Positions 14,039 to 26,634 of a stretch of 50,801 bases of DNA are shown here, one piece after another. This DNA comes from Spizellomyces punctatus DAOM BR117 (Eukaryota). The notes below the pieces were generated by a model. It was not told the origin of the DNA. It did no database searches and worked only from the letters and a program-made list of their open reading frames with translations. Numbering within the stretch: position 1 is the stretch's first letter; each line of letters begins with the position of its first letter. Location: the NCBI GenBank assembly GCA_000182565.2, contig KQ257461.1; one strand, 5' to 3'. The position numbers were made by a program, and so were the translations under genes.

Positions 14039-14142
14039 TTTCACTGCGTCTGCTAGTCAGCAGGGACATGTATAGTCAATTGCTATCCCTAGCTACAGTG
14101 CTATCAATACATCTCCTCTATCCAGCGCGGACAGTACACTAT

Positions 14143-16055
14143 TTACAGACGCGGCCCAAGCATCTGCTCAGGTCTCACCCACTCATCAAATTGTTCAGGT
14201 GTCAACAGTTTGAGCTTAACCGCAGCCTCTTTGAGTGTAGACCCGTCTTTATGGGCCAGTTTGGCGACCTTGGCTGCATCTATCATAAAGGAAAAAGTTA
14301 CAATAAACTTGACTGGCAATAAGGATAACATCATAACATACTCTCATATCCAATCTTTGGATTCAAGGCCGTAACCAACATCAAGCTTTCGTTCATCAAA
14401 GTTTTAATACGATCCAGATTGGGTTTGATTCCTTGCACACAGTTTTTGTTGAACGAGTCGCAAGCATTTGCAAGAAGGGTGGTCGAGTGAATAAAATTCC
14501 GAATGAGGAGGGGTTTGAAGACATTCAACTATAGGACGTCACTGTTGATGAGTCCTTGCTCATCTGGTAGCAATCTGAATCATCGTACCTCAAAGTGGCC
14601 ATTTGATCCTCCAATACTGATCGCGACGTGATTGCCCATTACTTGCGCACAAACCATTGTGAGGGCTTCGCATTGGGTTGGGTTGACCTAGAGCAACGCT
14701 GTTACACGCAGCAAAGACGACAATGGTCACAGAAGAAGAGTACCTTGCCAGGCATGATAGATGACCCAGGCTCATTCTCCGGTAGGCTGAGTTCACCCAG
14801 TCCACATCTGGGTCCAGAACCCAGGAACCGAATATCATTACCAATTTTCATCAAGGAAACGGCAAGGACATTCAAAGCTCCACTGGCTTCCACAATGGCG
14901 TCGTGAGCAGCAAGGGCCTCAAACTGGTTAAAAATGATTAGCGCGCGCATATTTCGTACAAGAATGCCGTCCCCACTAACCTTGTTAGGAGCAGTTTTAA
15001 ACTCCACGCCAGTAATTCTCGAGATCTCCGCAGCAACCTTGGTATCAAAACCAGCTCTCGTGTTCAGTCCCGTTCCCACTGCCGTACCTCCCTGTGCCAA
15101 CAAGCTCAATCTAGGAATCCCGGCTTTAACTCGTTCGATCCCATAAGCAATTTGCTGGGCGTATCCAGAGAACTCTTGGCCGAGGGTAAGTGGTGTTGCG
15201 TCTTGAGTGTGGGTTCGACCAATTTTTATAATATTTGACCACCCTTTGGCGTGTGCATCCAGTGCAGTATGAAGACGGCGCAAGGCAGGCAGAAGGAGCT
15301 TATAAAGCGCTAGTGTGGCTGCAACGTACATTGCTGTAGGAAATCTATCGACTCGTTAATGAGAAACATTGACACCTCAGATCAGCAATCGACAAACAAA
15401 CGTACGTGTCATTCGAGGATTGACTCATATTAACGGTATCATTCGGATGAACTGGCTTTTGTGCTCCAAGAGGCTGTCCCAGAATTTCATTTGCACGGTT
15501 GGCAATCACCTCATTCACGTTCATATTCGTTTGAGTTCCTGACCCCGTTTGCCAAACGACGAGAGGAAACTCGTCATTCAATTTACCATCAATAACCTTT
15601 TAAATACAAAGCAATAAACAAACCGTCTCAATTCCGAATACCACAATATGGCATTACACGCACCTCATCCGCAGCTTTGATAATCGCATCACCAAGTTTC
15701 TTATCTAACCCATAAGTAACATTCACAATTGCTGCAGCCTTTTTGACGATACCCAGCGCCTGAATCACTTCGAGGGGCATGCGGTCACCAGGGCCTCCAA
15801 TCTCAAAGTTTTGGAGAGACCGTTCAGTTTGTGCTCCTTTAAACGTGATGAATGGTATCAGTTTAAACCAAGGACCGAATCACGAAATTTCCTTACCCCA
15901 GTACTTGTTGGCGGGGACCTTTATCTCTCCAAAGGTATCATGCTCTATGCGATACTGTTGCTGAAAAACAATCTGCTGGTGAACCAGGAAACAAAGGCTC
16001 GCGAACGGGCTGCCGTATTTATGAACAGCGAGCTCTGGACGTTACTTACAGTCAT
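14143..16055 (-). CDS. FUM1: Class II fumarate hydratase, multi-exon
   Basis: [65 protein letters not shown] signature and [11 protein letters not shown]. The start at 16055 assumes a 6-nt first coding exon. Confidence 0.95.
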
Positions 16056-16506
16056 AATTTGTGAAGACCAGTGAGGGACCTACAGGAAAGAGAAAACCGT
16101 GTAGATGGTGTTGCAATGGGAAAGATGGGTGCACGAGATGGTGAACACTAGAACGGTGGCAGGATGACACGCGATTACGTGGCTGGTGCTGTGATGAATA
16201 AGCACGCCCGATCGAATCCTTGGGTTTTCGCTTTGCACACGGCATTGTGGAAAGGTGAGATGGCCACTACCTCGGCTTTCTTGATACAAATGAGAATACA
16301 TGAGCTGGATAGATACGAACATGACTTGGACCCAAAGCAAGGAAGAAACGGGCACTCTACTAGCATGACAACACGACGCTATTAAAATGGTAGCTTTCCT
16401 TCTAGTCAATTTCACGTTGGATGGACATTCAGATTGTCGTTAAGATAGCCACTTCAAAAAGAACTGAGATTGGACAACTGCAGGCTGGATGATGCGTTCG
16501 CAGCTG

Positions 16507-16533
16507 AAAAAAAAAAAAAAAAAAAAAAAAAAA
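16507..16533 (-). terminator. Pol III oligo-T terminator of tRNA-Asp copy 1
   Basis: Long A run on + (T run on -) about 20 nt 3' of the tRNA. Confidence 0.7.
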
Positions 16534-16554
16534 GATACTAAACCAGCACAGTAA

Positions 16555-16636
16555 CTCCCAGACGGGGAATCGAACCCCGATCTTCCCCGTGCTGTCAACT
16601 GACAGGGGGAGATACTAACCATTATACTATCTGGGA
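16555..16636 (-). tRNA. trnD-GUC: tRNA-Asp(GUC) with 10-nt intron (16590-16599)
   Basis: Minus strand TCCCAGATAGTATAATGGTTAGTATCTCCCCCTGTCA-[GTTGACAGCA]-CGGGGAAGATCGGGGTTCGATTCCCCGTCTGGGAG. Cloverleaf, A/B boxes, anticodon GTC and a canonical 37/38 intron. Confidence 0.96.
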
Positions 16637-17153
16637 TCTATATCGATCGAATCCCTTATTGTTTCACAATAAGAAACGAAACAGAATATAGTGCTGCACA
16701 TGAGTCCGCTGCAAACAGGCAGAGGGAAAATGGGACGTACACTAGCATGGGTGAAACCAAACGACAACCAGTCCGGAAAAGAGAACTAAGCTACCACTGG
16801 ATCGTAAAAGTCGCGTTATCCTCCACCAACACGGTGTAAACAAATCATGACAATGAGATGCCGTTGTGCAAATACCACCTCAGATCTAAGCTCTGATTTG
16901 CTTAATTGGGTGTCATAGCCATTGAGGAAATTGCTCGCAGGTTAGTCGATACCAATCTGCCTAAATATCAGACCTTAAGCTACACTATTTCTGGTTTCAC
17001 AGGCAAGGGACAATGTGCTGCCTATAGCCAGATATTTGCAGTTGCTTGCTTTCCCGAAATCGTATAAGGATTAGGGCTGAGCGACCTAAAGGCTGACACT
17101 GGAGCAAGACCGGGGGGATTTAGAGAAAAAATAGTACTCACCCTTTTTTTAAG

Positions 17154-17235
17154 CTCCCAGACGGGGAATCGAACCCCGATCTTCCCCGTACTGCCGATTG
17201 ACAGGGGGAGATACTAACCATTATACTATCTGGGA
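17154..17235 (-). tRNA. trnD-GUC: tRNA-Asp(GUC) with 10-nt intron (17189-17198)
   Basis: Exons identical to the 16555-16636 copy, with intron ATCGGCAGTA. T6 terminator at 17126-17131. Confidence 0.96.
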
Positions 17236-17593
17236 CTGTTATTACCGCAATCAGGCAAGAGAATCTATACCATACGTTACTATTTCCATGTCTTATTTAC
17301 TAGTAAGATGTCTCATGTTGAAAGCCGACCGAGTATTATCCAGCCTGATTGCGACCAGACGCTGCGGCTGAATCCTGTTTATGCGGTATTGGTTCAGATC
17401 GATTCAGATGACAGACGCGTTGGAGTGAAACCTTCAAAGGAACGTGCGCTCTCAGATGGACGACCCGTAGAGTTTCTCACTGATGACAGCTGGGGTGAAG
17501 GCAAGTGATGAAGTTAGCACCCAGAAGGTCTGCCAGACGACCTCATATTAAACTTCTCCATTTCCGAATCTAAGGATTGATAGATAGTAACGG

Positions 17594-19587
17594 ATGCCCC
17601 GCTATACAGTTGTCCGCACTCTTGGCATCGGCTCCTCAGGCCATGTTCGTCTAGCGTTACCATCTAACTCAACTCGTCCGGTTTGCATCAAACAAGTCTC
17701 GTTGGAGGGCTTGAATGTGGAAGACAGAAAATCAGTTGAACTTGAAGGTATGGTATGCATCTCTGCGAAAGATCGGTCATCATCCGCAAGGATTAATAGA
17801 TTGGTAGCCTTGATTTTGCAAAAATTGCCTAAACACCCTAATGTGGTTGAGTTTCGGGAAGCTTGGATCGACAAACAGTCGTTGTGGATTGTTTGTGAAT
17901 ATGCCGGTGTGTCCATCAAGCGTTTGGCAATCTCTAGCACAGGTGTCTGAGTCGGTGGTCCGATTCTCACATTGCAAATAGCTGGTGGAGATCTGGCTAA
18001 GTTCATCAAGGCCCGGAATGGGTCTCCCATTCCTGAATGTCTTATTTGGCAATGGTGGGGCGATAATCCTTTTCTTCGTCATATCATGATCTGATAGCCA
18101 GCATGGCACTGTCCCTAGGGCAGCCCACATCTTCCTAGCACTCTCGCATCTCCATTCTCATAACGTTCTTCATAGGGATATCAAAACAAAGGTATCCTCA
18201 TGCTATCCAATATCAATCCAAGCGGCTCTACTCATCAGTTGCAGAACATTTTCATAACTGGGACCAACGTGCTCCAATTGGGGGATTTTGGGATCGCACG
18301 AATTTTACGACAACAGGAGCAAGCTTACACACCCATTGGTACACCGTTTTATCTGTCACCTGAAGTCTGTGAAGGGCGGGGATACGGATTTGCCAGCGAT
18401 ATTTGGGGTGTTGGATGTGTGCTGGTAGGGACGCTCTGACACGTTTGCGAATGAGGAGAGACATTGATCGCAAAGGACTAGTATGAACTCACGACACTCC
18501 GCCATGCCTTTTCTGCGAAATCGCTCAAAACTCTGTATGCGCAGTCCTTTCTGACTTCCGTATATCGCGTATAACTTGTAGATTGCAGGATACCGAAAAT
18601 CCTAACTGGAAAGTATGACCCAATCGCAAACGAGTACAGTTTGGCATTGAGAAATCTCATCTCGTTGTTATTAACGACAAATCCTGACGCACGGCCTTCT
18701 GTCCGTGATATTTTAGCAATGAATTGTGTGGGAAAGTGGTGTGAAAAGATGAACGGACCTGATAGAGTGGGCCAGAGATACACGCCCCGGTGGACAGAGG
18801 ACAACACGGTGGAAGGTAGCCAGAAATGGGCCCCGCACCAGGAGATAAATCGCGGAGAAACCGTTACGGGGAACGCACCAAACCCCATTAAACCTGCGCT
18901 TGGACCTCAGCGCATAGTAAGTATTTTTGACTATGCCACCATCCATTTTCAGCACTTATGGTGAATTCCGGTTCTCCTATTGAAGCCAACTCCATCACCT
19001 GCGGATTCCACCTTCACCCGCATCGAGCTCGCCCGACTGTATATTGAGCGCGAGATCGGTCTACCGCGCTTTTTTCGTGTAAGCGTCGTAAAACGAATAT
19101 GTCTATTTGACAGTTGCTGAGCCAAGGACAACCAGCTGTACCAGAGAGCGCAAATGACTACGACAAAATCTGATGAAGGCGCGGATCCCGATACCTGTGC
19201 AATTAGAATGGTGAGACAGTTGGGTAAGTATTCAAACGAGTCATCTAAAACTATTGTGTAAATTGACCCCAATACTAGTCGAATGTGAAAATTGGGCATA
19301 TGCTTTCACCCCTCCCGGCAAGGAAGAAAGGGGATTGGCGAAGAAGATATAAGGGTTGGAAAATGTATATTTGCAGCGCATGTCATTAATGACCAATGGC
19401 TAATGTCGCGCTCACCATAATGCTGAGCAAACTATAACAATATCATTGACAATGTATATTACTCCAGATGAATCGATTGAACAGTTTGGTAACTTGATCT
19501 TTAAAAAGCAAAGTTCTGACTATTTTAACCATTGTGCCTGACCATCTTCCAGGTGCTCAGATGGTTCTCCTGGAGAAGCATGCTTGA
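17594..19587 (+). CDS. NIMA-related (NEK1/NEK4-like) Ser/Thr protein kinase, multi-exon
   Basis: [48 protein letters not shown] and SDIWGVG. C-terminal [21 protein letters not shown] resembles the NEK1 C-terminal domain. The 3' exon structure is uncertain. Confidence 0.9.
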
Positions 19588-19865
19588 GTTTAGGAGCTAG
19601 CAATCAGGACATGTTGACCGTAAGATATGGGGTTCAGGAGACAGAAACCCGCATTCTACTTGCAGACGACAAACGAAAGTATACTGGGTTTTGATTCACA
19701 AATAACACAACAGGGGCTCGGCATGCGCGTATGAGCAGTACAATGGTAATATACACCAGGAAATAGAGCACAATGATTTATTCATATATATGTTGGATTT
19801 CATAATTTTCATATACCATGCCTCCATGACTCCACGTTGATCATACTTGGAAACCGACACCGACT

Positions 19866-22800
19866 CTACGTCGCAGAACTCTCCACCATGGAGGCGGTTG
19901 CTTTAGAGTACCTCGGCTTGAGGGTTTGGGCCACCAATGCTAAAAATGGCCTCATTTTCTCTTTGGAAGGAAACTCTACAATATGCGACGCTGTTTGGTC
20001 CGCCTTCATTTTCAAACTTAATCTGGTAGCAGAGTTACTCGACGTGGAAAATGAGCCGCTAGCGGCCGCGGACTCCGTTGTAAGAACATCTACAATTATC
20101 TCCGAGAGTTTGAAGGAGACCAGAACTTTGCTGCTCCTAACGCTCTCAAGGAAGAGGAGCAGGTCCAGTTCGCAGAGCGCGCATAGTGTGGCTGATTGCC
20201 ATTGGGCACTATGAAAAGAGTGGCGATTCAGTTTTAGGGAAAAAAAAAAAAAATAATGTATAAGCACGTATGTACCCAAAGCGGTCTTGCCGAAGCCCGA
20301 CTTCACACACAGTCGGATGTACGGCGTGAACATGGAACGATGATACGTGTTCCGGATTCGACTTCCGTCTGACGCTGCGGAAGCGGTGACCGCCGACCTG
20401 AGCCCCCGACGTGCGAGAACCTTGACTGTCTGAATTCGCTCGCACCTTCCATACTTCTCTCAGGCGCGGGAGGAACAGAATTAGGCTTATACCTGTCGAA
20501 ATGATGAACATTATAAGACAAGTGAGCAGTCTCTGGGTTCCGCGTTCAGTGTCCGTCTGCATTGGCAAAATGTAGGCTGCTGGCACTGCAAAAATCATCA
20601 ATATGGTTACAATATAAATCGAAAAGCCGATGGTCTTGCTTTCTCCGAAACGATTGTACGCCTTGCGGGTGGCATAAGCGAGGAACAAGCAGAGGAAAAG
20701 CAAGAGAGCGTTGAAACAGTAGAGGAGGACAAGAAGGCCGGTGTATAAGCCCTTTTTCTCGGGAGCCACGCCGCATTCCTGGTAAATAGCTCCCGTTGTC
20801 GCGTTTTCGATGGATACGACTACAGAAGGTGGCGCCAATGCAACCAATAGGCCTGTTAAAATCAACTCTGCAACGACAATCCCAAGGGTAGAGCCGATAA
20901 GGACAGAGTTGCGCGCGATGGAGATTCGGGTTTTCCGTTGATACCCGAATATAAGATATATGCGCCAGAGCTTCATCATCATCATTCTGCCAAATAAGCG
21001 CAGGATGATGATAAGTTCTACATAAGCCAAATTCATTTCAAATGATGTACATACCCAAAGGCAGCTCCAAAGGCAACAGGCGGGAAGAACAGCCTGATTT
21101 TACAGGATGCATCAGTTGGCATACCCGCGTAAGGAAGGATTCCAATGTTGCCAAGCAGACAGCCCATGAGAAGCACCCAGCAGCAGTTAGGGGCGATAGC
21201 TCTGATTTGAGGACGATGCCGTGCAAGAAACGTCAGGCACCACACTGCACAGACAATTAAAAGTCCGACAGCCATGAGACTAATGCAGATTATTCCAAAG
21301 GCATCGTTCTTTGCGAGACGATAGCCATCCGCTGCCTCGGAGCAGTCGCCCTTCTGATAATTGATAAATCCGGGATCACAAATGCATTGCGCGGCTGGAT
21401 CTTGGAAAGGTAAATCGAGGAAACAGTGTCCGTGTTTGCATCCCGCTGAGGAGCCGATTGGAAAGTCGCAGTATGTCTGTCCGAACATAATCTGGTCGTT
21501 TTGTGTTAAAAATTCGAGTATGTCAGTACCACGTTTGACCATCTCTGGTGTGAGTGGAGCGAAATTGTTCTGAATGGCGATGTCCTAAAGAAATGCACCG
21601 TGGAGAGAATGCGTCAATCTTCAGCGTTGCTGGCGCAATAAGTCATCATTGAACTACAACGTACACTTCCGCGAGTCAAAGTCCAGTACAAGTATCGCAA
21701 TGTCCATCTTGCAGTCAGAATGTCTGATCCAATCGCGTTATTGCGTAGAACATAGTTGGTGTACACTGTGATGGGGTATGCTTGTGGATAGGGTGTGTCG
21801 ATAGTGTCGCTTGTGGAGCTACTATTCACGTTACTTGACATGGCAGCCTGAAGGTGTCATAATCCTGAGTTTCATGGCTCATTACCAGCAGGCTGGTCAC
21901 AACCTACCTGCATCGATTGCCAAGTAGCCGTAACGATAGTTCCGTTACGGTTGATGATGTTGGCCACCCCTATACTGTTGGCCCCAGTCTTATTTGCCTT
22001 GTATATCTCATTCTAATGAATGCGCCGTCTGGTCAGCACAGTCGCCTAAACAACCTTGCGAAGAACAGCATGGATAGCTAGGTGCTCACCAGGTCCATGT
22101 AAGAAATTGCGTATGGTATTGAGGCCACGAGCATTCCAACAGCCTCATTCGTGTTCGCCACGAACACCTGGGTACCATTGGTGATGTTATGCCAATTGAC
22201 GCTGGAGCTAATAGGTCCGGGAAAGCTTGGATCAAACGAATGCAGCGCCTTCACAAAGTTGGCCGTCGTTCCCGATCCAGGTTGACGGACCACCAGGGTG
22301 ATTTTAGGCGTCGTCGCCGATGGTAACGCATTTGCAAGCGTCGGATTCAACACTTGAAGCGCCGGATCTGACCATGTGGTCAGCTTTCCACTAAAAATAT
22401 CGGCAATGTTTTGACGACTCAAATTGAGAGGCTCGCTCAGCTGAGGTATCTGATAAGCTAGAGCAATGGCGCCGGCAACCGCGGGAAAGTACGTCACACT
22501 GGTATCGTTGGTGACCGGAGGGATATCGGAGCCCGAAAAAGCTAAACTTCCGGCTTGAAGCTGTGCCAAACCGACTGAACTACTGCTGGAAATGTAGGAG
22601 ATCTGAACATCTGACCCTATGATTACTTGTTATTCAGGTTTTGTTATATGCAAGCTCTCCAGGATAGCAACGTAGCTCACCATGCTCCTTCAAAAATGAT
22701 TGAATCCACTGTTCATAGAGACTTGAGGGAAAGCTAGCCCCACCGCCATAAACATCCACTGACGACCATGTCAGTGCGGCAATCTCTGCACGTTATTCTC

Positions 22801-22891
22801 TAAAGGCTTTACCTCTGGCCCCAATTCCTGGTAATAAGGGAAGCAAGCCCATGATTACGACTAGCAATTTCTGCCATGGCGTCGTTGACAT
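19866..22891 (-). CDS. Class C-type GPCR with signal peptide, PstS-like phosphate-binding domain, EGF-like module and 7TM domain
   Basis: Spliced reading MSTTPWQKLLVVIMGLLPLLPGIGA-RVDVYGGGASFPSSLYEQW, then FSGSD, LSRQNIADIFSGKLTTWSDPAL, VRQPGSGTT and AYPI (PstS fold). Then GCKHGHC...CICDPGF (EGF-like). Then IRAIAP, KLWRIYLIF, LAYATRKAYNRFGESKTIGFSIY and LFLPRL (7tm_3-type motifs). Confidence 0.85.
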
Positions 22892-23399
22892 TCTCGCAGG
22901 TTATTAAGTGCACAGAAGTGGTTAAAAGAACAGACGCCGGGTAATACGAGAATATAAATAAGAGTTGTTTGTATACACCCGGTTGGAGACACTGACACCA
23001 TAGCTGACATTTACGCCAATATACCTCGCTCGGCAGACATGTGGATCTAGGTAATGATTCGCAGGGGCGTCTAACAAAACCGCCACTGCATCCCATGGTA
23101 AATAGTCACCCAGAGGATCGTTTGGATCGTTTGTATGGTCATTGTCGGAGTTTGAACATGTGGTGGCGCAGCGACAACAAATGGAATGCATTCCATCCTG
23201 ACTGAAAAAACGGCGCCCTTTGCTCTATCACGTGATTCTCCTCGGCTCATCCTGACAAACGCTGACTGTCGTTCGCGCTTGCTGGCAAACCAGCGGATTA
23301 CGACTTGCGTGCCATTGGCACTTTCCGGACGGACAACACACCAAAGAACGCACCCATCCTACAAGGTGATACGCTTCATCCGCATACAAGGTTGTCAAA

Positions 23400-24673
23400 A
23401 TGATGGGGGCTCCGAGAACTGTTACCTTTTCCCCGGAAGAAGTTGCACGTCACAACACTGCAAAGTCGGTGTGGGTTATCGTAAACAAAAAAGGTAAATT
23501 GCAAAGAGATGCGGCGGNNNNNNNNNNNNNNNNNNNNNNNNNNNNNNNNNNNNNNNNNNNNNNNNNNNNNNNNNNNNNNNNNNNNNNNNNNNNNNNNNNN
23601 NNNNNNNNNNNNNNNNNNNNNNNNNNNNNNNNNNNNNNNNNNNNNNNNNNNNNNNNNNNNNNNNNNNNNNNNNNNNNNNNNGGGGCCAAGATGTCACCAA
23701 AATTATGAAAGACGAACTTGAACACCTTCACTCGGACGCTGCTTATGACATGCTAGAAACCTACTTTATTGGGGACCTTGCAACTGACGGCTCCGCTCAA
23801 AAACCCATAGTTCCCCTCGAGTCCGATAAGAATACGTCGACGCTCGGAAAGAAGGAGGCATTCATCGATGTGAGACAGCCGATGCTGGCTCAAGTTTGGA
23901 CCAAGAACTTTAAAAAGGACGTTTACATGAAACAAGTCCATATTCCCCGGCACGTTAACTACTCTGCACCGATCTTTGGACACCCTGCTCTTGAGATGTT
24001 TACAAAGACGCCTTGGTGGGTCGTCCCCTTGGTGTGGACACCGCTTTGGGCGACATGCGTATACTATGCCATCGGAGCAGTTTCTCTTGCCGGGACACTC
24101 ATGTTGGCCCCTATTGGCTTGCTGATTTGGACAATCATCGAATACACACTCCATCGGTTCCTTTTCCATGTCGATGACATCTTACCTGACAATAGATATG
24201 CGTTGACTGCTCACTTTTTGCTTCATGGAATTCATCACTATCTACCGATGGACAGGTATGCACTTGTTTTTCTCTCTGTTTTACCAAGCCCTCGGATAAC
24301 TGAACCCTTCTTGTTCAGAATGCGGCTCGTCATGCCTCCAGCTCTATCACTTTTCCTCGCGGTATGGATATGGACGTTCTTCAACTCCTTCCTCCCCACG
24401 CCTATAGTATTGGGATTGGCAACAGGAACTATTCCAGGCTATGTTGGATACGACTTGATACATTGTAAGTTCTCGAAAGAAGTCTCATATTTGTGAGTGA
24501 ACCTGTCTTATAAAGCCTCCCCTTAAGATTATCTCCATCATGGTCGTCCTTTTGCTGCGCACCTTCGCGAAATGAAAACATACCATCTGGACCACCATTA
24601 TAAGGACGCAAATCTCGGATATGGAATTACTAGTAAATTATGGGATCGGGTCTTCGGAACCGTTCTGTATTAA
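23400..24673 (+). CDS. SCS7: Cytochrome b5-fused sphingolipid fatty acid alpha-hydroxylase
   Basis: EEVARHNTAKSVWV and HSDAAYDML (b5 domain, interrupted by the N gap), LEMFTKTPWWVVP, His boxes EYTLHRFLFH, HFLLHGIHH and HLDHHYK, and RLVMPP. Confidence 0.94.
23518..23681. other. Assembly gap (N run) inside SCS7
   Basis: Run of n characters. Confidence 1.
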
Positions 24674-24932
24674 ACACCCGCACGCCGCTTCTTTTATCGT
24701 AGATATATTTTTTTTGTACGCACAATCCACGGGCTTCTTATAGGGAAGTCCTTCTGATTGTTAATCTGAACACATTTAGAAATAATAGACTTTTGGTTTA
24801 TACCACACGATATAGCGTGGCATACAAACGCTGGGTGATCCCAACGGAAATTTTCCGATTAGAGCTCACATGCCCTTACTTGGGCGAGGGTCTCTTGATG
24901 CATTCGGTTTTTACTAGTTATGTAGACACCGG

Positions 24933-26165
24933 ATGCACCGGACCGGGATGAGAAACATAGAAAAATCGATGGATTCATCACTTCATGCATGCCACAGCTC
25001 AGTCGAAGACTCAAGTAGAAGTGATCTGAACAATAATGATAACAAGCAGCCAGAGAGCTTCCCAGACATGGCCGCAATTCACCAGTCCACTGTTCTTGAA
25101 CAGCAAAGAGTCTCACCCGATGAAATAACGGTCGGAATGCAGCTCTCAAAATCCTCCACTCCCCGTAGTTCAATAACTACTCAAAATCTGATCACAACGC
25201 ACCCTTCGGCATCAATCTCCACCATTGACACACCACCCCCTCGCCCTCCCACAGCGCGTGGCACACGTACCCGACCAGCGACGGCACTCCGCTTTTCACT
25301 CAGACCATACGCTAGCGAAGCATTTAATGGATTCCAAGCAAAGGACGTCCCTCCTCTCAAAAACGGCAGCCGGCCCGGTACAGGAGCGGCACTACGTGGT
25401 GGGCGAAAGTCCAAGATACACGAGAATCCCAGCACAACTTCCAGAAACTCCCTATCATCGAAAGCACCAAAGTTCCAGGTCCCTCATCCAACTCCGACAC
25501 CCATCGCCATACCCCTACCGCCGCTCCGTATCCGTAAAGGCAACCTAGGATTATCCAATAGAAACACATCTGCCATTGGAAGATATGAGGACCGATTAAA
25601 GGCTCTGGGACTGACGAGAGCAGGGACTGAAGCACTTGGATGGGGGAATAGGGTGCTGGCTCTCCCAGGGGAGGGAGGGAGAGGCACGGAGAGAATTGGC
25701 GGTAGGTGACCTTGATTTGGCAAGACTGCCCAATTGCCATGACTGATCAGTCTCGGTTCTGTGATGGTACTCAGGCCTGGGTGAGGCTGTCTCTAGCACA
25801 ACATTAGTAGCACCGCCAGCCCAGACTCCGCGACCCCATCCAACGGCTCACTCATCTTTTCCACACTCTATGGCTGAAGTACTCCATCTCTTGCCCCGGC
25901 ACCCCAGGTATTTCGAACTCATGTGCTCGCTATCCAATATCTAACTATTGAAACATCAATCAGAGAAACCCCGCCGGCGTTTCTCTCATTGCCAACATCG
26001 ACGCCTTTAAACGAGCCTGCCACCCGGCACGGCTCCAACACTTCGTATAAGCAAGACACGAGCGTCTGTGTGCGGCCCGTTGCTGGCACTCATTTTTGGG
26101 CGTCCGACAGTGTATGTTCACAGATTTTTGGTTGGGTTCTGGTATCATACGGGTTGTTAATATGA
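24933..26165 (+). CDS. Hypothetical low-complexity Pro/Ser/Thr/Arg-rich protein, probably spliced
   Basis: 258-aa ORF with RPPTA/RPATA/RPGTG motifs and plausible GT-AG introns near 25702-25775 and 25908-25963. No domain recognised; both ends uncertain. Confidence 0.5.
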
Positions 26166-26634
26166 ACGATTGGTCACTTGCAGGAACGATTTGACCGGAC
26201 GCCGTTTTGGAAACTGGAAAAACAGAGGAGGTTGCATGCCCATGAGACTGTTAAAAGGGGCCACAGTGTTGTGATTTGAGCTTGGATTGAGTAGAAAAAC
26301 TTTTGCTTGTGCTCTTTTACAAGATAGAGCTGCTTGTTTTGATAGTATTTTGTGCAAGGACAGTCGAAACCTTTTACATAGTTCGACCGATGCCGAATTA
26401 TCAATTCTCAGAGTCATTTGCATTCATAATGCTTGCACTTTAGGCGGTCCTCGCAACTCTAATTGCATAAACGACGCTCCCATTCATGATGACTCGGCAC
26501 AGCAGATACAGGTGCAAAGCTGCAAGCCCCCAGTTACGTTATGAGCATGGTACAAGGGAAGTAGAGACAAGTCAAAGACCTAGGGTTAGCCGGGTCAGTT
26601 TATTTTCAAAGCTCATCGTCTACAGACTAAAACA

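Noticed and set aside
15961-16049. Retained fumarase intron 1 as a mitochondrial presequence (reads [18 protein letters not shown])
   Set aside because: The intron is 89 nt, so retention shifts the frame and reaches a TAG.
16555-17235. Direct repeats as LTRs or CRISPR repeats
   Set aside because: The repeats are tRNA-Asp genes. There is no array periodicity, cas gene or internal retroelement ORF.
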